64,000 bases of DNA from Nymphaea colorata. Taxonomy: Eukaryota. The stretch lies in NCBI RefSeq assembly GCF_008831285.2, contig NC_045138.2:39122001-39186000 (forward strand). The letters run 5' to 3'. The notes beneath the pieces were generated by a model that was given only the letters and a program-made list of their open reading frames with translations, made no database searches and was not told the origin of the DNA. The position numbers and the translations under genes were made by a program. Below, one piece after another: positions 13,739 through 25,951 of this stretch. Position 1 is the stretch's first letter. Every line of letters begins with the position of its first letter.

Positions 13739-16700
13739 CGCACACACACACTCTCTCTTTTGTTTACAGTACCTCCATACCAAGATTTTTTAAAATTGTC
13801 GTACCTGCACCCATACCTGTGTGACATGGATATTACTACATACACACTCGTGAACGCAAAGGATTACATGCACACACAAACCCAACACCACACACACTTG
13901 TGATTTATTGTAATATGTCCATGTTTGTTTTTGACCTACCTACATTGATTGCCTGATTAATATATGCTTTGTTCAGAATGGGGCTACTTGGGTGAAATGA
14001 ATCAGTCAGTCAATCAAGTTATGAATTTAACATTGGATGTGACACAGCATGTCCTGGCAGATAGGAAGGACAAAAATGGCTGAAGAAAAATGAAAGCTTC
14101 ATGCTAAGCTATAAGACCTTTAAAGTTTAAATATAGGATAACAGGATTAGTCAATATAGATAGGTTTCCGCCATCCAATAATATCAGTGTGCAAGGATGC
14201 TTTTTGTATCACCATTGCTGCAGTACCTTCATGCTTCTTGGTTGTCATTTAAGAAAATATTGTAATGAAACAGTTTCAACCATATCACATAAATAAAACC
14301 ATCATAACTTGTAAACTTGAAGTCTTCAGAGGTTCCCAATTATTAGAATTCAGAACAAGTAACACAAACCTCAGATTTTGAAGTCCCCACCAGAAACAGT
14401 AAAATAGCTTTTCTGGGAAATTCCTTGATTGGACAACTTGTGCATTCAGAACAGATTGATATATTCCAAAATCAAAAGGACCATTGTCAGCTACAGGGCA
14501 ACTAACATTAAGGAATGAACCATTGTTTGCTTCATCATGCTTTCCGCAGTATAGTGAAGCAAGATCACAACGATTATCGGAGCGGCAAGCGTCTCGCCAA
14601 CATGTGTCTTGTCGTTCAATAGCAAGTAAATAATAGAATGCTCCAATCACCTGAGAGAACATAACCATAAGCTGTACAGGAGAACAACGATCTAGAAGTA
14701 GAACTCACTTCTATCAGAGCACATGTAGCCCTAGCCAGTGTCAGATTATCAAGGCATTATTTCTTTAAGCACTAGTGACTAAAAGAAAATTATAAAACTT
14801 GCACATAAGCATTTATAGTTGACAGAAGGATAATCATAGAAAGCAACAAAGCCTAAACCATCAGATAGAATATATTAAGGAAACCAAACTACAGGATATG
14901 CAACCATGTAGTCCATATCCAATTAAATAACTGACTGTATCAAAACAATGTGAAGGCACATGAACATGAATAATTCCATGTTTAGCTGAAGCATAAACTT
15001 ACAAACACCCGTCAGTTTTCAAAATGCATGATAGCACTATAAAGATACAAACACCAATATTTTGCTGACAGCTACAAACTACCCAATTTCCATGCATCCA
15101 AAGATAGGATGTTTTTCTTAATTTTCTAGCATCTCTCACCATTTTCCTCATTCTTATCTGTGCTCATAATATACATGAAGGTTCATTTGTCTTCAGCAAA
15201 AAAAAGTTGATTCTCATTGTTGCCATGCCACTAGTTGATCTTTCACAACTTTTAATGATCCTCATGACCGATCTCATTTTGCACCAGCCCCTGAATGATG
15301 CTAAAATCATCATTGAAAAAAGATATATATGTGTGTGTGTGTGTGTGACAGTTTTATTTAATTTACAAAAGGTAATTTCCCAGGAAAAACACATATTTTA
15401 TAATTGAATACAGAATTAAGATGAACATAATTTTGTTGCTTATTTTGATGTAACCACATGGTTCCCAAATTTTTTATTATGACCACATTTTCCATTCCCC
15501 AATGTTAACATGAAAATATGTAAAGCATAATATATTTAAGTTATCACATTATTCATATTATTTTGCCATTGTGAAAACCATATTTAAAAGCTAAGTTGTC
15601 ATGCTCATATAAAGCTATTCCCTGAAAACTTGCAGTTACTGATATGAACAGAATATATAAAGTATCAGACGAGCATGTACCCATAAACACACATCTACAG
15701 ACCTCTGTGTGTGCGCATGCACACACACACACACACACATGTGAGAGAGAGAGAGAGAGATTTGAAATCTGTGTAAAAGATTTTCTGAAAACTTTGAAGG
15801 GAAGATGAAGAAAAAGCATGATCAATAAGAAAAAATTACTTTCTTCTTTCAGAATCCTCAAAATCTCTTGAAAGTTCCATTCAAAAGCCCCATGTTTTCA
15901 AGATAAACCCAAGATCTCTTCACAGACAGAACAACATTAACGGCTCTTTATCAGGACTAAAAAAACACTATTATTTGGAATAGCTTGTGTTTAAAGCAAT
16001 GTTGTAAAAAGCGTATCGTAAGCCGTATCGGTCTGGCTTTAAGATACACCGTATCGTTTAATATCGTGACGTATCGATATCGTAACCGTATCGTTTTTTT
16101 TAATCAGAAAAAAAGGAAAAAAATTTCGAAAAATGCATAAAAAATCAGTAAAAATCAAGATAATATGTTCTTCATAAAAAACATGTTTTACAGAATGGTA
16201 GACTTATTATTGCTATAATGTTACGGTTCATCATTCGTAAACATCAAAATTCATAACAATATCAATCTAGAAAGCACAACAAGCCAACAATTACATAATG
16301 TATATCATAATTTCATAACCATAGATTCATAAATCATAAGGTCCATAAGTCTATGAGATACCACATCAAAAAACAAGTTTTAAATGTTATGTATTACATC
16401 ACAAGATGATAACGAAGTTGTGAAAATGTGCAATGTCAATACATATAAAATAAAAGCACCCTCGACTCTCATTCATAATCTCCATCACGTTCATTCTCAT
16501 CCTCATCTCCATCTTCTTCTTCATCTTCATCTTCATCTTCATGATTTCAAAAAACTCCTTTCCGCCCAACGGGAATCAGCCACCCATGCACAAATCCATG
16601 GTTTAATCGATGATTTCACGGTGGAAATCGATGATTTCCCTCCAAGGCGGCACAATCTCTAGGTTAGAAATGAAGAAGGGGCGGGGTTTTATAAAGTAAA

Positions 16701-18218
16701 CTCGAAAAAGGGGGGTTCGGGCCCCCTTTTTCTGAACTCAGCCTGTATCGTACGATACAGGCACGATACACCCCTATTTACGATACAGGGGTGTATTGTA
16801 TCGTATTTTGTAAACGATACGATATGTATCGTACGACACGTACAACACTGGTTTAAGACAGCAAACACTAATAATCATTACGACACAAAAGAAATGGGAA
16901 AATAGATATCTATTGGGCAAGCTAAAAAATCCACTGCAGCCAATTATGAAGAATGCAGAGCAAACAGTAGATGAAACAATGTGGAGACGAAAAGAAAGCA
17001 CATGCACATCTAAGTCAATAAAACTTACATGGCTTGCAAGCATGTAAAGCAACAGATTGACAGCAGCACCAGCCCATGCAGTTTCTGTTATTATGCCTGT
17101 GGTACTTATGACACCATTGTACAATGGAATTATGCGGACTAGTCTAGGTATGTACTGCAAGAGAATAACAAACCGCAATGCATTTTTTGTGTACAGAGGA
17201 GCAGAGCCCCTCAACTTGGGTATTATGCCTAAGATAATCACCTGCAAAACAAACCCAAACAATGAGTAATAACATAAATGCCCTTAACGAAGAACATCAA
17301 AGAAATCCTGGCACAAATATTGCAAAAAGTTCATGCAGTTGTTGGCACAGCAATGAGAAATATTATGAGTACTTGTGCATCTAAGGAGTTCTAAGTTTTC
17401 TCATGCTGCAGATAATCGAGATCAGCACAAAACCTAGTAGCCACAGAAGAGTATCAACAGTAAGTAGTGCTACATAAATCTCATAATATAACAAAAATTT
17501 TTCTGTGAAATAGACATCAGGTTCTTGTAGCAACTACATTGATCTCATTGTAGACGGCATTAGAATAGCAAAAGTTAGTTAAACAGACCTTCAGTTCTTG
17601 TTGCAATTACATCGCAATGCACTTGGTACAGATTAAGAGCGTGAAAGACATCATGTGCTTGTACTTTCTAAGATCCAAATGCTTGAGCAAATTTTGCACA
17701 CACAGACATACACATACTACATATATACAAGAATAACAAACGTATAATCCTATGTAACACGGGTAGTACCAGTACCGTACCGGTATGACACCGGTACGGG
17801 TACGGCGTCGGGTACGGCCTGGGTGCGGCGTTGACAGTGTCGGGTACGGTCAAAGTACCCAAGGTCAAATCCGACTATTTTCAGACTCGGTCAAAGTTGA
17901 CCGAGTCCAAAATCGTCCATTGCACGTTTTAAAAAACCATTTTTTCCCTCTCTCTCGCACGATGCCTTTGCCCTCTTGCCTCACCCCCCTCACCCCTCTC
18001 GTCCCTTGCCTTCTCGCCCTTTCACTCCTCTTGCCTCTCTCATCCTCTCACCTCTCCTCCCCTTGCCCCTCTCATTCCTCGCCTTTTCGCCCCTTGAAAC
18101 TCCCAAAGGACAGAGTTTTTGTCTTGAAATTCTTAGTATCTATAAATTTTGGATCATGATTTAATGATTTATGAATATGCTATTTTGTTTGTAATTTTTT
18201 TGATATAAATATATATAT

Positions 18219-18253
<35 letters not shown>

Positions 18254-21200
18254 TATATGTGTGTACGGCCATATCCCCGCACCCAAGTTTTTGGAAAATG
18301 ATTCGTACCCGTACCCACACCGGTACCCGTACCGGCACCCGTACCTCTGTGACATAGTTATAATCACATTCGCACATGTATTAAGAATCACAAAGGGGAC
18401 AAAATTCTCTACTAAAATCAACGACAACATGGATACATCATTTGCATATTAAACTCATTTCTTTAGTTTCAATTTTATGATGAAATGAAAACTTAGTAAC
18501 TGGATCTTGTTCTTGGCTTGACTCAAATTGTTAGATGTTCTAACTGCCTGCAACCAGCCCACCCCGCCCCAAAACCAGAAAAGGTATTAGAGAAGCAACT
18601 GAGGGGAAAGAAAGAGAGATTATACAGTTATTCATAGAATGTAGTGTACAAACTACAAAGTAATAGACTATGTTATTCTATGCATCCTTTGGACCGTACC
18701 TGGTCAAATATTCACTTAGAAGGATCTAGTCATTCAATGCTAAATCATACACTTTGGATGCTTTTGATAGTTTCTACTTTTATTGACAAGGTTTACCAAT
18801 TTGACATATAGGAATCATGTCTAGACTACAACAAGTAAACCCCTTACCCAAGTGATAGATTGAGCATTTTTAATGGAAAATCAAAGCATTTATAATAGAA
18901 CAATAAAGTGTTTATATGACATGAATGATATGCAGACAGTAAGTTCTCCTCCTACTCTTTAGGTCTATGCAGGCAGTAAATCAATGTACATATTGAACAA
19001 AAATAGATACCAGTCCAGGTAGTAGATGGGTTTGTGCCCCTTTGGATAATACATGCATTATGATGAATATGTAAGGGCATGCATGAACCCATGTACAATA
19101 TGAAACGTCACACCTATTAGTACCTGTGGAAGAGGAAGAACGGCTAAGACATCAATGAAGAAGTATGATGATAAATAGCGACTAGCTATAGCCTGCAAAT
19201 CCTCAACCAGAACTCCTCGCCCAAACACCCGAGATGAAGGTGCAATAAATCCAGTCCGAAATTTGAAGAAAATATGCAGCACATAAAAGATATCAGTGAA
19301 GGAGCGCAGCACACAGGCTGTAATTTCCAACTTGTGGTCCACATCCAGGCAGTTTTTGTTCATGACTGGAATATAAAAGAACAAGGGGTCCAGATAGATT
19401 GCAAGTACACATGATAGAACAAAAACCTTGTTCCACCTCTGAATAAATTTTCCCTGTGGATCAAATACTTTCTTGCTAGATTCTGATCTCTCAGTGGATA
19501 AATCACTTGGAGAACGGAGCTGAAATGACTTCTGAAGCTTCCTTATGCCACCATATCCCCATCTATAACTTCTTTGAATGCTGCTTGATACTGAACTTAA
19601 CGTTCTTCCAAATCTTCCAAGGAGTGGTTTCTCATCAGAATATGTCCTTTCTGAATTAAAGGATTGCTCTGAACCCAAATCCTGGAACCTGATCAAAACA
19701 TAATTAGGCTAAGATCATGCTCCTTTTGTGTTTCTAGTAGAGGAGATAAAGGATGAATTTAGTCCAAGGAAACATAAATTATATCGGTAGACAGCTAGCG
19801 CAAACAAACATAAAATCTAAGGGGTCAATGTGTTGCTCCCTAATGCAACTGCAAGTGATTACTCCATAACTGCAACTAGACATTTTGAACATGCTATCAT
19901 CATGAGACCAAAAATATGATAGAAATCTGCTAAAACAAAAAATAGTGGTGGAAGATCTTCTCAAGGCCAACAGTAAAGTTTTGCCAGTTCAAAACTTAGT
20001 GTCGTCAGAAATCTGAAGCTGAAATGAGATTTTAAATTTTTAATTAGCATTGTGAAAAATAATAATCTTAACATATGATAAAAATCCAGAGACTGATTGA
20101 CAGCTTAGTTGAACAATAAGAAAATGTGGAAAGTTAGTGCCTAATGCCCAGAATGAAGCACAACCAAAGATCTGAGTGAAGCATAAAAGTCAGGAACAAG
20201 AATTAACTGGCATTAAAACTGGCTGGGCAAGTGAGTTCCAGAAAAAAATTCTGGCAAGCCAGTCACATCTGACTCAAATATAGCCATTGCCTGGATCTAA
20301 TCGGCACACGTGTCAACTAGAGAAAGAGAAGGAAAAATAAAAGAAGGCACGTGCTTGAGCAGCTGAGCCCTGCAAAAACCAAGGCAAGCCTAGTACCCTG
20401 CATTTACACACAGCCCGTTTGACCCCTGGATGTTTGATATGAATCCCAAATGTGCCCATAACAGTAACCTTGTTGACATCATATACAGGTCAAGATCCAA
20501 ATGACACAGTAGTGTGCACCTCAAGTATGAACATCCATGGATCCATCTAATAGCTGAAAGAATAGCACCCCAAACCATACATATCATAGTAACCTCAGAG
20601 CAGTTTTCTTGGTTTTCGTTTGGATTTAAGTTTGGGATAGCTGAGGAAGTAGCACCCCAAACTACATATATATTAACCTCAGAGCAATTTTCTTGGTTTT
20701 TGTTCGGATCTAAGTTTTCGATCTGTTCACCTAAACCAGGTTGAATTAAATCCAACAATTTGTAGACCACCTATTTACACCTTTATCATATACTTCCACA
20801 GTTTACTCATACCCGGCCTGAAGATACCAAATCAAGTTTGGATATATATAATGAGTGATGCAGATGACATCTACCTTATGCTTAATCCTTTCTTTCTAAT
20901 GTAAACAATACCAAATTTAGCAATATGTGATGTGTTATGTGCATGACGTCTACATTATGCTTAAGCTTTTCCTGACAACGTATGTTTTATCCAGGCATGA
21001 CTGCAGAATGTCCAAATTTCGAATTGAATACATGATGAAACAGGCAAGGCTAATTAACTAAACGGAAAAAAAGTCATGTCGATCAAAAAATATCCAAAAT
21101 TAGAAGTATAAAAGAACCAGCTAGCAGAAACTATATATAAGAAACTAATGGATGCGATAGGCACAGATGAATAAGAGACAGAACATGGTATATCATTTAC

Positions 21201-21284
21201 AGATAAAAACCATCACAAAGCTACCTTGTGCGTGCACTTAAAATTAAGAAGGTACCTCACAAATTTCTCATCCCGGAAATTCAT
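8174..21284 (-). CDS. CNGC1: Cyclic nucleotide-gated ion channel, group I (CNGC1-like), 711 aa
   Basis: Coding exons on the minus strand: 21284-21256, 19688-19124, 17241-17029, 14650-14370, 12795-12684, 10187-9951, 8872-8174. All introns are GT-AG, phases are consistent, total 2136 nt. N-terminus MNFRDEKFVRFQD, pore FWWGLQNLSSLGQNLKTS, CNBD LKEGDFCGEELLTWALDP..LPSSTRTV, IQ motif FIQAAWRRY, C-terminal ATIYASRFAANAL and KPAEPNF. The symbol reflects similarity; orthology was not tested. Confidence 0.95.
10827..10877. repeat. (TC)n microsatellite in a CNGC intron
   Basis: Read directly from the sequence. Confidence 0.95.
13451..13829. mobile_element. hAT-type MITE (CTATG-TIR family), copy 1, with an internal (AT)n tract
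   Basis: Ends CTATGTCACA...TGTGACATGG; perfect 8-bp TSD ATATTACT (13443-13450, 13830-13837). Confidence 0.85.
15997..16850. mobile_element. Non-autonomous hAT element (CAGTGTTGTA-type TIR)
   Basis: Ends CAATGTTGTA...TACAACACTG; imperfect 8-bp TSD GTTTAAAG/GTTTAAGA; dense subterminal CGTATCG/CGATAC repeats at both ends. Confidence 0.85.
17750..18357. mobile_element. hAT-type MITE (CTATG-TIR family), copy 2
   Basis: Ends CTATGTAACAC...CTGTGACATAG; TSD GTATAATC/TTATAATC (7/8); subterminal GGTACG/CGTACC repeats; internal palindrome GACTCGGTCAA-ag-TTGACCGAGTC (17884-17907). Confidence 0.88.
20550..20718. repeat. Diverged tandem duplication, 87-bp unit x2, in a CNGC intron
   Basis: ATAGCTGA...GCACCCCAAAC...AACCTCAGAGCA.TTTTCTTGGTTTT...GGAT.TAAGTTT starts at 20550 and again at 20637. 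Confidence 0.85.
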
Positions 21285-22675
21285 CTCTGTTTAGTGCCAC
21301 CTAGAACTTCAATCATTGGCAAGTGCAGACGTTGCACAAGTACAAGGTTGCATGACCTTAAGAGGTACCACTCAGCTGTAGTTTTTTCCTTTTCTCTCTC
21401 TTGCAGTTTGACCATTAAACACAGCCTTGAACTAAGAGAAACTGGAATTTGTACAAATATTTATCAGACCGCACCAAAATTAATGGGTACCTTTTTGCAA
21501 AGAGGAATGATTAAATAACACAAACAAGCAAGACAGAACAAGTAGCAAGGAAAAAGGTGGATATTTGGCACAGTAACTGTATCTCAAAAACAAAATCTAG
21601 AAAATAAACTAGTTGGCGTTGCAACATACAAACCTATACTCAAAAATTACAGATTATGTTGTAATCCAGAGACATTAGGATCTTGTTTGAATAAAATAAA
21701 AACACCAATCAAAGACAGTAAGCGTATAGTACTATAGTGTAAACTGTAATCTACAGAGATGCTGGTGAAACACTTCACCAGCACATGGTTTTTCGCATTC
21801 ATCTTGCTGGAGATGAGCTCTTTCACTGCATAGTTGGTACGCTCCGAACGATGAAGCAGCTAAAAGATGACACGAATCAAGGGTTTCCAGATACCCATTA
21901 TTTCATCTACTTTTTCCAATATTTTCTCATCTGAGACGTCATTGATGAAATTATACTCTAGTAGGTCTCGTTATTCCATCGGAACAGTAAGGCACCATTC
22001 TCGTTGTTGTCCTTATGTCCCGATTCCCCTACGATTAGTCCTCGGAAAGAAGGACGTGAAATTATGCTCCGCCGTTGGTGGCCGCAGTATTCTAGCAACG
22101 AAATCTTGGATAAGACAGTAAAAGCTAGGTCATTTGCAACAGGACAAAACAAGTGACCAAAATTTGGCAATACCTTGTGAAACCTAGTCCAAAGAGTAAA
22201 TGAAAGCTAAGCAAAAGAAAAAAAAAAAAAAACCCTCTAATCCCCTAGACATGACCAGCTAAACTACATATAAACCAACCGAAAAGAATAAGGAAAAGAA
22301 CAAAGCAGAGATTTTAATTCCTGAAGGATAATACTAGGAAAAGGAAAACCCAGCGGCAACGAAAAAAGCTGTTTTGGGGGGAGAGAGAAAGAGAGAGAAG
22401 AGAATCTAAAAGCCTAATATCATCCAGCAAAAGCAGAAATCACCAAATCACAGAAAACGGAAGCAGGAAAATAAAAAGATGCGGTTAGGAGGATAAGTCG
22501 TCGGCGAAGCCAACAAAACCACCCGGGACGTGCGCAAGACTCATCATCGCCATCGATCATCACCATGATCAACAGCAGTAGAGAGCAGATACGAAACCAA
22601 ACATATATCGCCTTCTCGGATGGAAGTACAGTTAAACCCTCAATCTGTAGGCAAGAAGCAGAGATAGACAATCAC

Positions 22676-22860
22676 CTTTCAGGCCTCCTGCGTCACGGTC
22701 GACGGTATTCTCGCCAGAATACGTAGCACACGGGAGGACCAGAAGGCGTCCGCCGCTACTGCAGCGAACGCTAGCACAACCACGACTACAGGAAGAATCA
22801 GACGACGACGACGACTGCCAACACCAAGAAGAACGAAGAGGGGGACGGAAGGTACACGGA
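22676..22860 (-). other. Probable non-coding first (5' UTR) exon of the CNGC gene
   Basis: GC-rich and pyrimidine-rich on the minus strand, ending at donor AAG|GTGATT (exon end 22676). The ATG exon 21256-21300 begins after an acceptor ...ttctAG, so an upstream UTR exon is expected. TSS approximate. Confidence 0.55.
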
Positions 22861-23208
22861 TATCTCCCAAAGCCATTTCTTTGAATAATTGGAAGAAAAA
22901 AAAAATGTGCGTAGGGTGGGGGGAAGCAGGCCCACCGGTCTTCTCATTCCCGCCCTCCCGGTAAAAAACCATGAAGATAAATTCTGACTTAGGCACTACA
23001 TTCTCGTGATAATTTCAAATATGACCCTCTCCTTCCTCATTTTTTAATCCGGCCAGAGGTTGAGATTTGTTCTTATCTCTTAACTCTACTGAGTAATGAC
23101 CATGTAAGTTGGGAAGAAGGAAGCGACGATAATGTCCTCATCTTATGTAAATACTGAAGAATATTTTTCGTTTGAAAGATAGTTTTGAAACATGACCAAG
23201 AATTTCCG

Positions 23209-23433
23209 GGTCAACTGACGTTTCCAGATATTAGAAAAAAAAAACAATTGACTCGAATCATGTATTCAGCATTACAGCTAAAATATGGGACTGCAGATGA
23301 AAAAACTGCTATAAAAGAACAAAAATTGACTGGAGAAAAAAAAAAAGGCGGGGGAAAGTTTCGAGGGGAACTAACGTTCACAGTTCACACCAGCGCGTTA
23401 GCAGCAAGAATCCACGTCGGGTGGGACCCGCGT
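23209..23433. promoter_or_regulatory. CNGC upstream cluster: 3 W-boxes, TGACG, 2 CAMTA (CGCGT) boxes, TCP site
   Basis: GGTCAA 23209, TGACG 23216, TTGACT 23248 and 23326, GCGCGT 23393, GTGGGACCC 23421, CCGCGT 23428. Motif matches only. Confidence 0.4.
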
Positions 23434-25294
23434 GTTCTGTGGGCTCCGTTCCCAGACCTGGAAGCAAGCGGGGGAAGAAAGTCCAGAAATAATTGTACCC
23501 AGGTAGGACCGAGCCCTCTTGGGTACACGGATCGTATCGCCTTACGGCCGGCCGCAATATCACGCTTTCCCACCTTATAATTCCTACCAACGAAAATTTT
23601 TCCCGTGTTTGAAAGTAACCCAGGGGCAATAGCGTCTAGTTTTCACAATGAACTCAATCGCGGGGGGTCAGTCTCCGCTTGCCTGCCTTACTAAGGATTT
23701 TTTTAAAGAGCGGATTAATCGATTGAACAACTTATCTGATAAAGTTAAATTCAAATTCAAATTCAAAAAATATATTATGTAATTTAAAATTTAAAATTTT
23801 GTTAACCTAATTTTTTTTTTTTTACTTAATTAGGATAGGGCCACGGCGGCCTATGCAGCCCCCTCCCTCCGCCCCTCCACCCAATACGGATTAAATTATA
23901 AAATACTGCAAATGTGTCAAAAACGAAAGCTTTCGAAGAAAGATATGGCATTTAAATTCGAGACGACAATATTGAAGGCCATCGATTTTCGCGAGCTCCA
24001 ACGTGCGGGACGGCGGTGCATGTTTGCCTCCTTTTTGGAAATTGTGAAAGAAAAATGGGGCACGTATTGAAAAAAGTGAAGGCAAGGCTCCCGTTTGATA
24101 TTATAGTCAAAGAGGTAAGACGTAAATAAAAATTACCCCGTTTAAAACTGGAAGGCATAAACTTCCCTGGGAATTGGAATGTTGGTCCTGGATATTCTCT
24201 TTTTAACTTCGGGTCTTATTTAATAGTTTCAAACGCCAGGAACCTTTTGGAGATCCGAAAGATGTGAGCTCACGGATTTCGTGTGCACTGTGGGTTCGAT
24301 CCAACAATGGATATTTCCCACTCCATTATGTTAAATCGAACCATTATGCTTAAATGGCTAAAGTGACTTAAAACACTAGTCAATATTCAATTTAGTTGTT
24401 GAATGAATAAAAAACAATGGCAACCTCTTCATTTTTGTCGTATATGTGTTAAAAAGGAAAAAAGATAAAAAAAGTGATAAGACATATATTATTGTATACT
24501 TTTTTTTCATTGTTTTTTTTGTCAACAGTATAAAAATCAAATACGTGCAACATAGCATTTAAGTTCTACCAGATACTAGTAGGAAAATTATATATAAAAT
24601 AAATAAATAAACAATGGGTGAGAAAAATAGTAATGTGAATATACTATACAACTATTGAATCAATGTTTTTTTTAATTTCACCCATGAGCCTTTTTTGGTC
24701 TGAGGCCCATGACGTGGACCAAACCTACAACAAGCCGAGCCCCCACCTACCCATCCAACCTTTATAGGCACGTGCAATTGCCCCCAAGTTATCTTTTGAA
24801 CTTGCACGATTTGTTGAATTCGATACAGCTTTGATAAGTCTCATTTGGACTTTACTGTTTAATTTTTTTAAATCTTTTCAAACAAATAAACATGCATCTT
24901 AGTGTTGTAAACAATGCGTATACATTGTATTGGTACAATTTTATATGAATGGGTAGGTGCAGACTCTTAAGTGTTTAACCCATCAACAATGATCTTAACC
25001 GTTGATTTTATACATAAAAAAAATCAAATCAAGTATTTTAGTCGTTTATTATTAATTCACATGCTTCTATCATCCCTTTTCTTTATCAATTATCAAAGTT
25101 GACAAAATCAACTCAATGTCACAACCGGTGATGTAAAACGCAATGTCATTTATAATGAGCACAACAAATCATACCTTGCCTTTAAGCACTGTAGTCAACT
25201 TGTTCAGTATTTATGTACATAAGTTCCAAGTGTCTAGGGTTGTGGCTCCTTCCACAAAAATGAGATAAAAAAAAGTACACTCCCAATCAAATTA

Positions 25295-25325
<31 letters not shown>

Positions 25326-25734
25326 ACACTAACTATAATAATACAATAAATTTTAAAGACTTGTTTAGATGACATCTTCATAAAAAGCTGTTTTGAAAGA
25401 ACCGATTTTGTGAAAAAATAGTTTAATAAGTAGTTTATATGTTTAGATGACATATAAGTTTTTTTTTTTTTTTTTTTCATTGCAAGAGTCAAACTATAAT
25501 TTCAAAATTTTAACTGAAAGCGAAACAAAATTTTTCCAATTTTTGTATATACGACCGAGTTATTCAATCCGTTTTCAAAACAACACTACCAATTGTTTTG
25601 AAAGTGCAATTAAATTTGTAAGACAAAATTAATTAATGACTAGAATTGTCAACTAGCTTTATGCTGGACATGAATTTGAAATTAGAAAACCACAAAAGTG
25701 GTTTTTCCTGTTACGCCATATATAACCAATTGGA

Positions 25735-25951
25735 TTGTGGCTTAGGTCAAGTCGTTCCCGTCATTAGGACGACTTGACGAGTCTCCCGGGTTCATTGCCT
25801 AGTCACAAAAGGACATTGTCAGCCCAAGTGGCTCCGTTCTCGTTGTCCTTCGGGCCACTGGGCAAGACCTGATAAAACCAAGCACTCAACGAAAGCTGAC
25901 TTAGTGCACATCCTAAATAGCGCTACTACAAGCAAAGCTTTGCCTAAAAAA
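25735..25951 (+). other. GC-rich structured island with a degenerate hammerhead-like motif; probably a retroelement or SINE-like relic
   Basis: Stems 25735-25745/25799-25808, 25746-25758/25767-25778 and 25822-25836/25851-25863; CTGATAA-N15-GAAA at 25869-25894; short A run at 25946-25951. Confidence 0.3.

Noticed and set aside
13181..13903. Several Phe- or Ile/Tyr-rich ORFs
   Set aside because: They come from T-rich tracts and an (AT)n microsatellite in intron and MITE sequence.
16704..16732. Rho-independent terminator-like hairpin
   Set aside because: This is plant nuclear DNA and the hairpin lies inside a hAT element.
21760..21783. Perfect 10-bp hairpin TGCTGGTGAA/TTCACCAGCA in the CNGC 5' UTR intron
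   Set aside because: Too short for a miRNA precursor and has no supporting context.
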